From NCBI RefSeq assembly GCF_039654945.1, contig NW_027361841.1, positions 8,804,001 to 8,868,000 of the forward strand: a stretch of DNA of 64,000 nucleotides, written 5' to 3'. The position numbers and the translations under genes are program-made. How positions within the stretch are numbered: the stretch's first letter is position 1; each line of letters opens with the position of its first letter. The notes below the pieces were generated by a model. That model did not search any database. It saw only the letters and a list, made by a program, of their open reading frames with translations, and was not told the origin of the DNA. The stretch comes from Dendrobates tinctorius. Its lineage: Eukaryota. Below, piece after piece: positions 26,691 to 36,999 of this stretch.

Positions 26691-27736
26691 TGAGCGCCTT
26701 CCACTGTCACCTTGCCCATGAACAAGCGGTGGATGCCGAGTTACATTGTGGCAGGAGACACTACTATCTACTACTGGTAAGGGACCTCACTAGTTTACCT
26801 TTTCATATATTGTCATTCCTTCGGTAGGGACGCATTTTGACCCACATTCTCTTATATAGACCGCATTGGTAATCAGAGTTTTGGACCCGGGCCTCATTAC
26901 CAAGTTCATTGATGGTGGGTACACATTTTTCTTGGGACATGCTCTTTTACGCTGAATGTCAGATATTTATGACTTATTCTGGCTGAAAGCCAGACATCTA
27001 AGACGTATTTTTTGATCATGGTTTCAGATAGAAAAAGGAAATTACGGCGCAATACAGATTTGAATTGACAAGTACTTACAAGGATATCATGATCAGGGAC
27101 ATACAGACTTATCTCTAGTGTATTTATGGTCCGGGTCCCATCACCCTGCATATAGAGACATATATGGTACGCTTTTCATTATATATCCTCTGTATATATA
27201 TTTTCTTCAACAATCAATGTATGATCTGGAGAGATCTATTTACACCTTATTTATTGCCTAGGTACATTTATACCAGTGACCCATGTCGCAGGACATACGA
27301 AATTTTGTATGATATACCACAGGTTGGTCATTTTCCTCATACACAGATTGCTATATATATTTAAACCGATGCTCCTACCATAGTCAACATATAACAAGGC
27401 TTATTTTTTCATATCGACTTAGGCCTCATTCGGACCGTAGGCAATTGATTCACGGACCCTTTTGCTCCCTGTTATACCTTTATGTAAGTGATCCCATATA
27501 CTGAACATATTTACCTCACCCCGGTTTCTTGTTTTGACTGACATGAACATATATTTGAATCTAGATATCTGCCACACAATTTTTCTCTACATCTCAAGAG
27601 CAGTCGGGTATGTTTCATACTTTATTTTCCCCCCCCTCCTTTTTTTCGTTTTCTGTGACTTTTACCTCTTGTTCACATTTTATATCTAGGTCTTCCCACC
27701 ACTCATGCACATGATTTTGATGTCTTTATTTCTTGA
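26690..27736 (+). CDS. Predicted spliced accessory gene in the PLE pLTR (up to ~145 aa, unknown function); also 18356-19402 +, 31611-32658 +, 15370-14324 -, 9053-8007 -
   Basis: GT-AG introns of 81-100 nt separate exons ..27166, 27262-27322, 27423-27483, 27565-27607 and 27690-27736, which join in one open frame. The 5' exons (26690-26776, 26860-26914, acceptor at 27082 or 27106) are less certain. AATAAA at 27866. Confidence 0.45.
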
Positions 27737-27810
27737 TGTGATGATCATACATTATTGTTCATAGTTTTGATTTATTGTTATTATATATTCTTTTCAACTT
27801 CTGTACCGTT

Positions 27811-27864
27811 GCAGTATATTGAGAAAGGTCAGAATGAATTGACCGAAACGTCTATTATGACTGC
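27811..27864 (+). ncRNA. Minimal hammerhead ribozyme, predicted cleavage after GUC at 27852
   Basis: As above; U3-A8 covariant core; palindromic ACGT stem III typical of dimeric minimal PLE hammerheads. Confidence 0.75.
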
Positions 27865-28014
27865 GAATAAAATTCTACCAATCATTTCAAGTTGAGTGCC
27901 AAAAATTTATTTTATATATTCTCTGGTGTGGGAACCTTTTTTGTGCACCATTTCAGCTGTGCCACGGTATACATATCGATAGTCACTTACCTTTACGTGT
28001 GCACGCTGTATACT

Positions 28015-28767
28015 ATGTCTTCATTGATTTTTTCCTACAATCAAGAAGAAACTAATACAATTTTGTCTAAGACAAATTTTTCTAGTGATTTCCTCAAGGC
28101 TCCACCGAGAGAAACGAGAGGAAGAGATCTGGAGCGTGAGTCACGACATCTAATTAATCTCGAACTACATTGTGCCACATTGACCGAATATCTTCGAGTC
28201 AATCGCATCCCAAGGGGTCTTAGAGTTCCATTACGACCAACCCTCTTTAGTGATTCCTCTGTTTTCTGTCAGAAGTTTGAACAGATTTTGAACAAATGTT
28301 CATTTGATTTAATGACTTTGACTGTCGAACACCTGCAGGGTGCCATTACCTCTTCAAAAGATACGATACAGAACATTGAATCACAATTATCATCTTCCAG
28401 CACAGCAGATGAACTGAGCGCTTTAAAATCCAAAATTAAGATTGTCACTGACCAACATAAGAGGGATACGGAAAACAGAAAAAGAATCAAGTTTCAAAGG
28501 GACCTTGAGGATTATGATAATAATAGAGTATATCACTGGCGTGTTAACAATTTTCCCCGCTCTGACTCCTCTAGGTTTGAGTATCGCTCTTCTAATGAAT
28601 CTTGCACCTCAGGCTCTGAGACTGAAAGGAGAGACACTCACCTAGGTCCACCTCATTTTTTGGACCAACGCAGACGACGTCCAAGAAGAAGAGGCCACGC
28701 CGTAGCCAACGAAGGAAGAGGTCCAGACTTCTACAGAGTGACACGGTCTCAGGTACAAGCTCGTTAG
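28015..28767 (+). CDS. PLE ORF1, intact copy (250 aa from ATG 28015; predicted helical/coiled-coil region, basic C-terminus)
   Basis: Open frame with LTEYLRVNRIPRGLR (PLE N-terminal-type motif) and KRIKFQRDLEDY..VYHW; present in all three full units. Confidence 0.85.
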   Translation: MSSLIFSYNQEETNTILSKTNFSSDFLKAPPRETRGRDLERESRHLINLELHCATLTEYLRVNRIPRGLRVPLRPTLFSDSSVFCQKFEQILNKCSFDLMTLTVEHLQGAITSSKDTIQNIESQLSSSSTADELSALKSKIKIVTDQHKRDTENRKRIKFQRDLEDYDNNRVYHWRVNNFPRSDSSRFEYRSSNESCTSGSETERRDTHLGPPHFLDQRRRRPRRRGHAVANEGRGPDFYRVTRSQVQAR

Positions 28768-31020
28768 TTATCAATATTTCTTCAAGGTCCCTTGGCATTG
28801 CAGAATACAACCTTTTACAGAAGGGTCTGTCTTTCTGCCCATCCTTCAAGCTAAGTACCTTTGATCTTGACATGGAATTACAGCGCTTCTTTCGTCGCAT
28901 TAGACTACTTACACATTTTGCCATGAGTGTTCGGAGTGGTGACCCCACTCCCTCCGAGGGACAACCCCTGATTTCTATAAAAGATCTGGGCCTCCGGAAT
29001 AAAAGCTCCTATAGACCGCCACAGAGCTCCCATGCTGTTGAATCCTTCATTGAATTTGTGGGGGGAAGGCATTCTCGAAAATCCGTCGAGATACTGATAA
29101 TGGTTTACTACACTTCCCCTCCAATCTAACTAACTTAGACTTTCAGGCCCTACAGTCCCTACGTAGCGACAATAACATTATCATCAAACCTGCTGATAAA
29201 GGTGGGGCTATAGTTGTGATGGATAAGACTGATTACATCAGGGAAGCCCTTCGCCAACTTGGCGACGAATCAGTCTATATCAAATTAGGACACGACCCAA
29301 CAAGAGAGATTAGTGACATCATATCCAACATTCTCACTACTTATCATGAAAAGGGAGTCATAGACTCCAAAACAAAAGAATACCTGATAAAAACACATCC
29401 TATTATACCGGTATTTTACATGCTTCCGAAGGTACACAAGAGTTTAGAATGCCCCCCGGGCCGACCCATTGTAGCGTCTTCTGAATCGATCTTATCTCCC
29501 ATATCAATCTTCTTGGAGAAGATATTAACCCCATTGACACGGAAAGCACAATCCTTTCTACTTGATACGGGTGATTTTCTCGACACTATTAAGGACATTG
29601 GTACCATACCCAAAGAGTCCATTTTGGTCTCTTTTGATGTCAAAGATCTTTACACGTCCATACCCCATAACCAGGGAATTCAATGTGTAAGACAATTGCT
29701 GACACGGTCGGGTCTTCACCCTGATATGATCGATATGTGCCTCGAATTACTCACAGTGGTTCTCACCAAAAACCACTTTCTTTTTGAGGAGACATTCTAC
29801 CTACAGGCGAAAGGGACCGCAATGGGGTCTAACGTAGCGCCCCCATATGCTAACATATACATGGCCACCTTCGAAGATGAGGTGGTGTATCCTGATCCCC
29901 GCTATATGACACATTGCATTATGTGGAAACGATTCATTGATGACGTGTTCTGTATTTGGACAGGTCCACCTGACACATTGGAAGATTTCTTTGCCACACT
30001 GAATCAAGCCTGGCCGGGCCTTAGATTCACTATTACTATGGACTCATACAGAGTCAGTTTTCTTGATACCATGATTATCAAGGATGGAGAGGGGGTACTC
30101 AGTACAGATCTATATATAAAACCTACAGACCGTAACAGTCTACTTCATTTCCAGAGTCTTCACCCACCATCCACAAAGAAATCCATACCACGTTCTCAAT
30201 TCAAAAGATTAGAACGCATTGTCACGGATCCAGTTACTAATGATGTGAGAAGGGAGGAGATGTTTCAGAAATTTAGGGAGAGAGGCTATCCCCCTAATGT
30301 ATTACATCAAGCTTTACAACCCTCACCATCACTCAAACAACCTGTTACTGGGCGCATACCCTTTGTTCACACGTTCCATCCCTATGTTCACATCCTCCAC
30401 CATACGATTAGGAAACATTGGAATCTCTTAAAGGAAGCACATCCTGATATACCAGAATTTCAACAAGATTTCCTACCGTGTTACAAACGTCCTCGTAACA
30501 TACGTGACACTCTGATCAAAGCTGATATAGGATCTGGACCACGCCCCTCCACACAGAGGTTCTTATCACAACCAAGAACCGGTACTTACCCATGTTTACA
30601 TTGTAATCAATGCAGCAATGTCCTCAAGGGGAATTACTTCCATCATCCACATTCAGGTAAACGCTATAAGATTAAGGACTATTCCACCTGCGAAACGTCG
30701 TACGTGGTATATTTGATCAAGTGCCCATGTGGCCTCCTTTATATTGGTGAAACCACACAATCCATAAAAGACCGCATAAGTAAACACAAGTCCACCATAA
30801 GATGCAGCAACACATTATTACCCCTACCCCATCACTTCATTAGTGCAGGACATACGATACCCCAATTGAAATTCCAGGTTATTGAACAGATCCCATTGCC
30901 AAGACGAGGGGCAACCGGATCCAGACTCTAAAAAAGAGAGAGGCTTACTGGATACATGAGCTGGAGACCCTATCTCCAAGGGGTCTCAATAGGGAATACG
31001 ATCTTTTGTCCTTTATTTGA
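28656..31020 (+). CDS. PLE ORF2 RT + GIY-YIG, entered in the -1 frame from ORF1; frame breaks at G6 29060-29065 and G4 30907-30910
   Basis: The -1 frame reads FFGPTQTTSKKKRPRR..VINISS..KGLSFCP..; then the 571-aa ORF 29216-30931 with RT and GIY-YIG motifs. Confidence 0.92.
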
Positions 31021-32732
31021 ACTTATAACAATGGGGTATCTTCATTATTTGCAAATCCCTAACGGACTTATTTCACCGATGTGAGGACGTTATAGATACT
31101 TAACTCATGGGTAATGCATAGTTTTGTGTTTTACCAGGTATATTCTGCAGCATATATATTATACATTGGAAACACTGATATACTACTACTATGTAGTCAT
31201 TTATACATATCCTTTTTTTATATATGTTCATTGACATACAGTTTTGTCTTTTACAGAGCCGTCGCTATTGAATAGACAACATGCAATTTGTCACCTTCCG
31301 ACCCTTCCTTCTGGATCCCTGACCTCTCCTCATCTCGTTTTCCTATTTCCCCTATCTCCTTACCCGCTGCCTTATATATACATTATAGTTTGCTCTAAAT
31401 ATCGTATTCTTCCCATTAAACAACATTTCTCATACACTCCTATGTCTGTGTTTGTGCCATTGTGCCATGTACACTACTTATCATGAGGGATCTCATGTTT
31501 ACATTCCCTTTCGAGTGTCATTTGACACTATCATATAGCGCGACGTCACTTCCGGTGACGTACTTCCGGTTTTACGGCCGGATTGTTAGTCCCGCCCCTA
31601 ATGTTTAAAAATGAGCGCCTTCCACTGTCACCTTGCCCATGAACAAGCGGTGGATGCCGAGTTACATTGTGGCAGGAGACACTACTATCTACTACTGGTA
31701 AGGGACCTCACTAGTTTACCTTTTCATATATTGTCATTCCTTCGGTAGGGACGCATTTTGACCCACATTCTCTTATATAGACCGCATTGGTAATCAGAGT
31801 TTTGGACCCGGGCCTCATTACCAAGTTCATTGATGGTGGGTACACATTTTTCTTGGGACATGCTCTTTTACGCTGAATGTCAGATATTTATGACTTATTC
31901 TGGCTGAAAGCCAGACATCTAAGACGTATTTTTTGATCATGGTTTCAGATAGAAAAAGGAAATTACGGCGCAATACAGATTTGAATTGACAAGTACTTAC
32001 AAGGATATCATGATCAGGGACATACAGACTTATCTCTAGTGTATTTATGGTCCGGGTCCCATCACCCTGCATATAGAGACATATATGGTACGCTTTTCAT
32101 TATATATCCTCTGTATATATATTTTCTTCAACAATCAATGTATGATCTGGAGAGATCTATTTACACCTTATTTATTGCCTAGGTACATTTATACCAGTGA
32201 CCCATGTCGCAGGACATACGAAATTTTGTATGATATACCACAGGTTGGTCATTTTCCTCATACACAGATTGCTATATATATTTAAACCGATGCTCCTACC
32301 ATAGTCAACATATAACAAGGCTTATTTTTTCATATCGACTTAGGCCTCATTCGGACCGTAGGCAATTGATTCACGGACCCTTTTGCTCCCTGTTATACCT
32401 TTATGTAAGTGATCCCATATACTGAACATATTTACCTCACCCCGGTTTCTTGTTTTGACTGACATGAACATATATTTGAATCTAGATATCTGCCACACAA
32501 TTTTTCTCTACATCTCAAGAGCAGTCGGGTATGTTTCATACTTTATTTCCCCCCCCCTCCTTTTTTTTCGTTTTCTGTGACTTTTACCTCTTGTTCACAT
32601 TTTATATCTAGGTCTTCCCACCACTCATGCACATGATTTTGATGTCTTTATTTCTTGATGTGATGATCATACATTATTGTTCATAGTTTTGATTTATTGT
32701 TATTATATATTCTTTTCAACTTCTGTACCGTT

Positions 32733-32786
32733 GCAGTATATTGAGAAAGGTCAGAATGAATTGACCGAAACGTCTATTATGACTGC
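32733..32786 (+). ncRNA. Minimal hammerhead ribozyme (terminal pLTR)
   Basis: Same motif as 27811-27864. Confidence 0.75.
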
Positions 32787-32839
32787 GAATAAAATTCTAC
32801 CAATCATTTCAAGTTGAGTGCCAAAAATTTATTTTATAT

Positions 32840-33961
32840 ACCGCTATGTCACAGGCTCAATGTCGCAGGTGTGAAAAATGTCACTATAGGAAAGGAGAGA
32901 TGTAGAATTTCTGAAGACACTTGTGGACACTGTTGGATTGTGTGAGGCCCAGTGAATATCACACTGCTATGTCACCGGCTCAATGTCGCAGGTGTGAAAA
33001 ATGTAATTATAGGACAGGGGAGATGTAGAATTTCTGAACACACTTGTGAACACTGTTGGATTGCGTGAGGCCCAGTGAATATCACACCGCTATGTCACAG
33101 GCTCAATGTCATAGGTGTGAACAATGTCACTATAGGAGAGGGGAGATGTAGAATTTCTAAACACACTTGTGGAGACTGTTGGATTGTGTGAGGCCCAGTG
33201 AATATCACACCACTATGTCACAGGCTCAATGTCGCAGGTGTGAAAAATGTCACTATAGGACAGGGGAGATGTAGAATTTCTGAACACACTTGTGGACACT
33301 GTTGGATTGTGTGAGGCCGAGTGATTATCACACCGCTATGTCACAGTCTCAATGTCGCAGGTGTGCAAAATGTCACTATAGGACAGGGGAGATGTAGAAT
33401 TTCTGAACCCACTTGTGGACACTGTTGGATTGTGTGAGGCCCAGTGAATATCACACCGCTATGTCAGAGGCTCAAAGTCGCAGGTGTGAAAAATGTCACT
33501 ATAAGACAGGGGAGATGTAGAATTTCAGACCACACTTGTGGACACTGTTGGATTGTGTGAGGCCCAGTGAATATCACACTGCTATGTCACAGGCTCAATG
33601 TTGCAGGTGTGAAAAATGTCACTATAGGACAGGGGAGATGTAGAATTTCTGAACACACTTGTGGAAACTGTTGGATTGTGTGAGGCCTAGTGAATATCAC
33701 ACCGCTATGTCACAGTCTCAATGTCGCAGATGTGAAAAATGTCACTATAGGACAGGGGAGATGTAAAATTTCTGAACACACTTGTGGAAACTGTTGGATT
33801 GTGTGAGGCCCAGTGAATATCACACCGCTATGTCACAGTCTCAATGTTGCAGGTGTGAAAAATGTCACTATAGGACAGGGGAGATGTAGAATTTCTGAAC
33901 ACACTTGTGGACACTGTTGGATTGTGTGAGGCCCAGTGAATATCACACCGCTATATCACAG
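32840..33961. repeat. 123-bp tandem repeat, right portion (~9 units), same array as 6935-7764
   Basis: Same unit and orientation, resuming immediately after the PLE end. Confidence 0.97.
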
Positions 33962-34037
33962 GCAGAAATTGGCTAGTGTATGACAAACTACAAGGTGTAT
34001 ATAGAATTGGGCAGAATAGGAATCTCCCTAGAGTGTA

Positions 34038-34420
34038 GGTCTGTAAGAACGGAACAAGTCCTCGACTTATCCTTACAGAGTCACACACAGATAGCTTCAC
34101 TGTGGCCGTGATAACAGCCGTTACACGGTACTGAGAGAGGAGCGTGCACGTACACCGCTGTCCGGTGTCTGTAAAATTGTCAAGCTCCGTGTTTTTTAAG
34201 TATACGGACTGACACACGCTGTCTCTCTATAGTTTTGAATGTGATCAAACAGCAAATATACTTAACTGTTTGAAAACCAGACAAAACAAGAAGGTGGAGG
34301 TCTGTAAGAACGGAACATGTCCTCGACTTATCCTTACAGAGTCACACACAGATAGCTTCACTGTGGCCGTGATAACAGCCATTACGTGGTACTGTGTGAG
34401 GAGCGTACACCGCTGTATGG
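34038..34420. repeat. ~110-bp direct repeat pair (34038 and 34298) inside the hAT 5' region
   Basis: GGTCTGTAAGAACGGAACA..CTTATCCTTACAGAGTCACACACAGATAGCTTCACTGTGGCCGTGATAACAGCC occurs twice. Confidence 0.85.
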
Positions 34421-34724
34421 TGTGAAAAAATGCACGCTCAGTACCTCAGCAGGACAAAAAAAAAATTTGGATTGCTTTTAAAAAAGCAGTTTGCAGAGCA
34501 GTGGGAAAACAGCGATGCAGCTATCAGGAAGCCTTATAAGGCAGCCTAACAACCAACACAGCTGATCCAGCAAAATATAGCCTCCACTTGCACTGCACAC
34601 ACAGTGACTGGTGTGTTGTACAGGCAATCAGTAGAAGCAGTTTTTGGTGTCTTCTTCCCTGCCTAATGCTCTCCCTACAGAATCAGCAGCAGCAGCAGCT
34701 CTCCCTATTCTGAGTTCAGCATGA

Positions 34725-34875
34725 GTAATATGGCGGTCGGCGTGCATGCCCTTTTATACCCCCTGTGACGCCACCCAAAGCAAGCCAATCACTTGCATGC
34801 CCTTCTCAAAGATGGTGGTGACCCCTGTCTATGTTATCACGTTGCCCACAGTGTCCGTGGATCCTGATTGGCTGA
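34725..34875 (-). promoter_or_regulatory. hAT transposase promoter
   Basis: TATAAAAG on - (34751-34758), two CCAAT boxes (~34785, ~34867) and an ATGGCGG motif, all just inside the TIR and oriented towards the transposase. Confidence 0.65.
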
Positions 34876-35033
34876 AAAAGGGCGGAAAACAAACTTTTGA
34901 AACGCGACTTTGGCGCTAAAGTCGCCGAGCTCGTGGCCGACCTCACCCTAGGGTCGGGTTTCGTTTCATGAAACACGACTTTACCAAAAGTCGGGGACTT
35001 TTGAAATTTTTCGACCCGTTTTGCTCAACTCTA

Positions 35034-35223
35034 GTAGCCAGTAGTTCACCCATTTCAGCCTTTTCCTCAGGCCCCCAGACCGCTTTGTAGGGTCCAGCAG
35101 AAAATTACTCGCATTTCCCATTGACTTGTATTGGACTCGCTACTCATTACGAATACCCAAGTTTTAGAAACTACTCGTTACGAGTATGGCGAGTCCGAAT
35201 ATTTCACTACTCGCTTATCCCTA
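35034..35223. mobile_element. Terminal fragment of an older hAT-type MITE into which the large hAT inserted
   Basis: Ends CGCTTATCCCTA (TAGGGATAAGCG-type TIR); CCCATTGACTTGTATTGG and TACTCG subterminal motifs. Confidence 0.6.
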
Positions 35224-35452
35224 ATGGTCACGCTTGAGATCATGTCAGCCATCTGTGACCAATGCATTCTTCTGCAATACGCAAAAAATCATGATCATAA
35301 ATTTGGTCAATCCACACAAATCAAATCACAAATTATTCAAATTTAGTAACATTTTGATCAATCTGATCATGGCTCGTACATAAGATTATCACTGCTTTAC
35401 TATAGGCCTCGTTAAATTTGGAAATTATTTGTTTTCTTTTATCTTACATTTA

Positions 35453-36999
35453 CACTGACAAGCAAAAGTGCAATAATGTTTTGAATGTTTGCCTTTCAGG
35501 CTCCATATCTAACTATCCACTACTGCTTCAAATGTAAGACTATCATCATTTTATAGACAATCATATTGGCAACTATTTAGCATATGATTAGTTATGTAGA
35601 TTCTTGTCATGTCAGTACATTGATAATGTGCTGCTCATTGTAGTGAAAAAAATCTTTTTCTTTCTGTACAGTACAAATTCAACCTGTTCTCACATTCCCT
35701 AATAGTTCAGTGTGTTATTTGGTTGATTAGCAAGAGAACGGTAACTGGTTCAAATTGAGTAGCAGCCATGAAGAAGATTTCCCAAGAACGGAGAAACAGC
35801 ATCATCCAGCTCATCAATGATGGCTTCTTAGCCAAGAAAATTGCCAAACTGCATCATGTGAGTGCCATGACAGTTGAAAGAATACGAAATGAAGTCTGTC
35901 CCTCAATTTAAAAGATAAGAGATGGCCATTCAGGCAAATTATTGGAGATAAGTCAGCTCATCACAAGGTCTATCAGTTATGGCGTGACAAACACAGAAGT
36001 ATAATTGCCTCGTGTGCTTAGTAATAGTGGGATCACAGACGTCCATGCAAGGTCACCGTGTGATGCACAATACACAAGTCTGGAATGGTGGCTCGAACAA
36101 AGGTGAAGAAGCCTAGACTTTAATGACATCATAAAAAGTGTTGGGTCGAATTTACAAAAAAGTAAAAGTGGACAGTAGAAGATTGGACACGGTGATTTGG
36201 AGCAATAAGATGTTGCTCTGATGGATGCAAATGGATCTGGAATAAACAAGAGAAAAAGAAGTTAACAGATCGAGATATTCTAGGAACTGTGATGGAAGCT
36301 TGATGTTCCAAGGTTCGGTGGTGGAAGCTTGATGTTCCAAGGTTTTTCACAGCCAAAGGCGTTGGATACCTGACCAGGATCGATGGTGGTCTCAATGCTG
36401 AGTTATATGTGAGTATCCTATAACACGAGTTACTTTATACACTCAAGTACTATGGGTACCAGCAGGACAACGACCTGAAGCATACGTCGAGATTGGTGAA
36501 GAAATGTTTTAATAACAATAAAGTAAAGATGCTGGATTGGTCCCCATAGTCTCGGTAGTCCCCAGACCTCAACCCAGTCAAACACTTATGGGTAGAGTTG
36601 AAGAAAAAGCTGTATACATGCCCAAGTGAGTCGACTAGTATGCACCAACATGTAGAAGAGACCTGGGAAGTGATTTCAGTCTAGACATTTTTTGAGTCTG
36701 ATCAAGAGTATGCTGAGAAGGATTCATGTAGTGTCGAAAGCTAAAGGTGAATTTACAAAATACTAACAAAATAGTAAAAATTTAAATTTAGATTTTTAGG
36801 AGCAAAACAGTAACAATGTAGTGGCATGACAAGAATTTGCATAACTAATTATATGCTAAGTATTTGTTAGACAAATTTATGTATGAGATGGCCAAGATGA
36901 ATTTCTATAAAATGATGGTAGTCTCATGTTCAAAGCAATAGTGGATTGTGAGAAATGAAGCCTGAATTTCAAAAGTTCGAAACATTTGTACCCTTTTTG
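35453..36999 (+). mobile_element. Degenerate Tc1/mariner element, transposase pseudogene ~35768-36766
   Basis: TA|CACTG start; long imperfect TIRs (CAGGCTCCAT / ATGAAGCCTG); remnants MKKISQE.., WTVEDW, QQDNDxKH, PDLNP..HLW, KAKG..TKY*. Confidence 0.85.

Larger units (their letters stand above)
7765..32840. mobile_element. Penelope-like retroelement (Neptune-type) complex: inverted pair of tandem arrays, unit ~4.92 kb
   Basis: Five RT/GIY-YIG C-termini (stops at 9644 and 15961 on -, 17765, 26099 and 31020 on +). Spacing is 4921-4922 bp after removing secondary insertions. ACCGCTATGTCACA is duplicated at 7751-7764 and 32840-32853. Confidence 0.95.
1514..35033 (-). mobile_element. Large hAT DNA transposon hosting the PLE array; only the 5' end (35033) is visible and the other boundary is undetermined (the start coordinate is nominal)
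   Basis: Minus-strand TIR TAGAGTTGAGCAAAAC at 35033, flanked by GTAGCCAG (fits nTnnnnAn). It is followed by a CCAAT/TATA promoter, a donor site at 34444, a 123-bp array continuous on both sides of the PLE, an acceptor at 6901 and the transposase. Confidence 0.75.

Noticed and set aside
27028-27082. Possible selenocysteine: a strong acceptor at 27027 opens the accessory frame with a single in-frame TGA (27061-27063), and two inter-copy variants there are synonymous
   Set aside because: No convincing SECIS seen in 27737-27870 and no clean upstream exon in the required phase. A SECIS search and junction reads would be needed.
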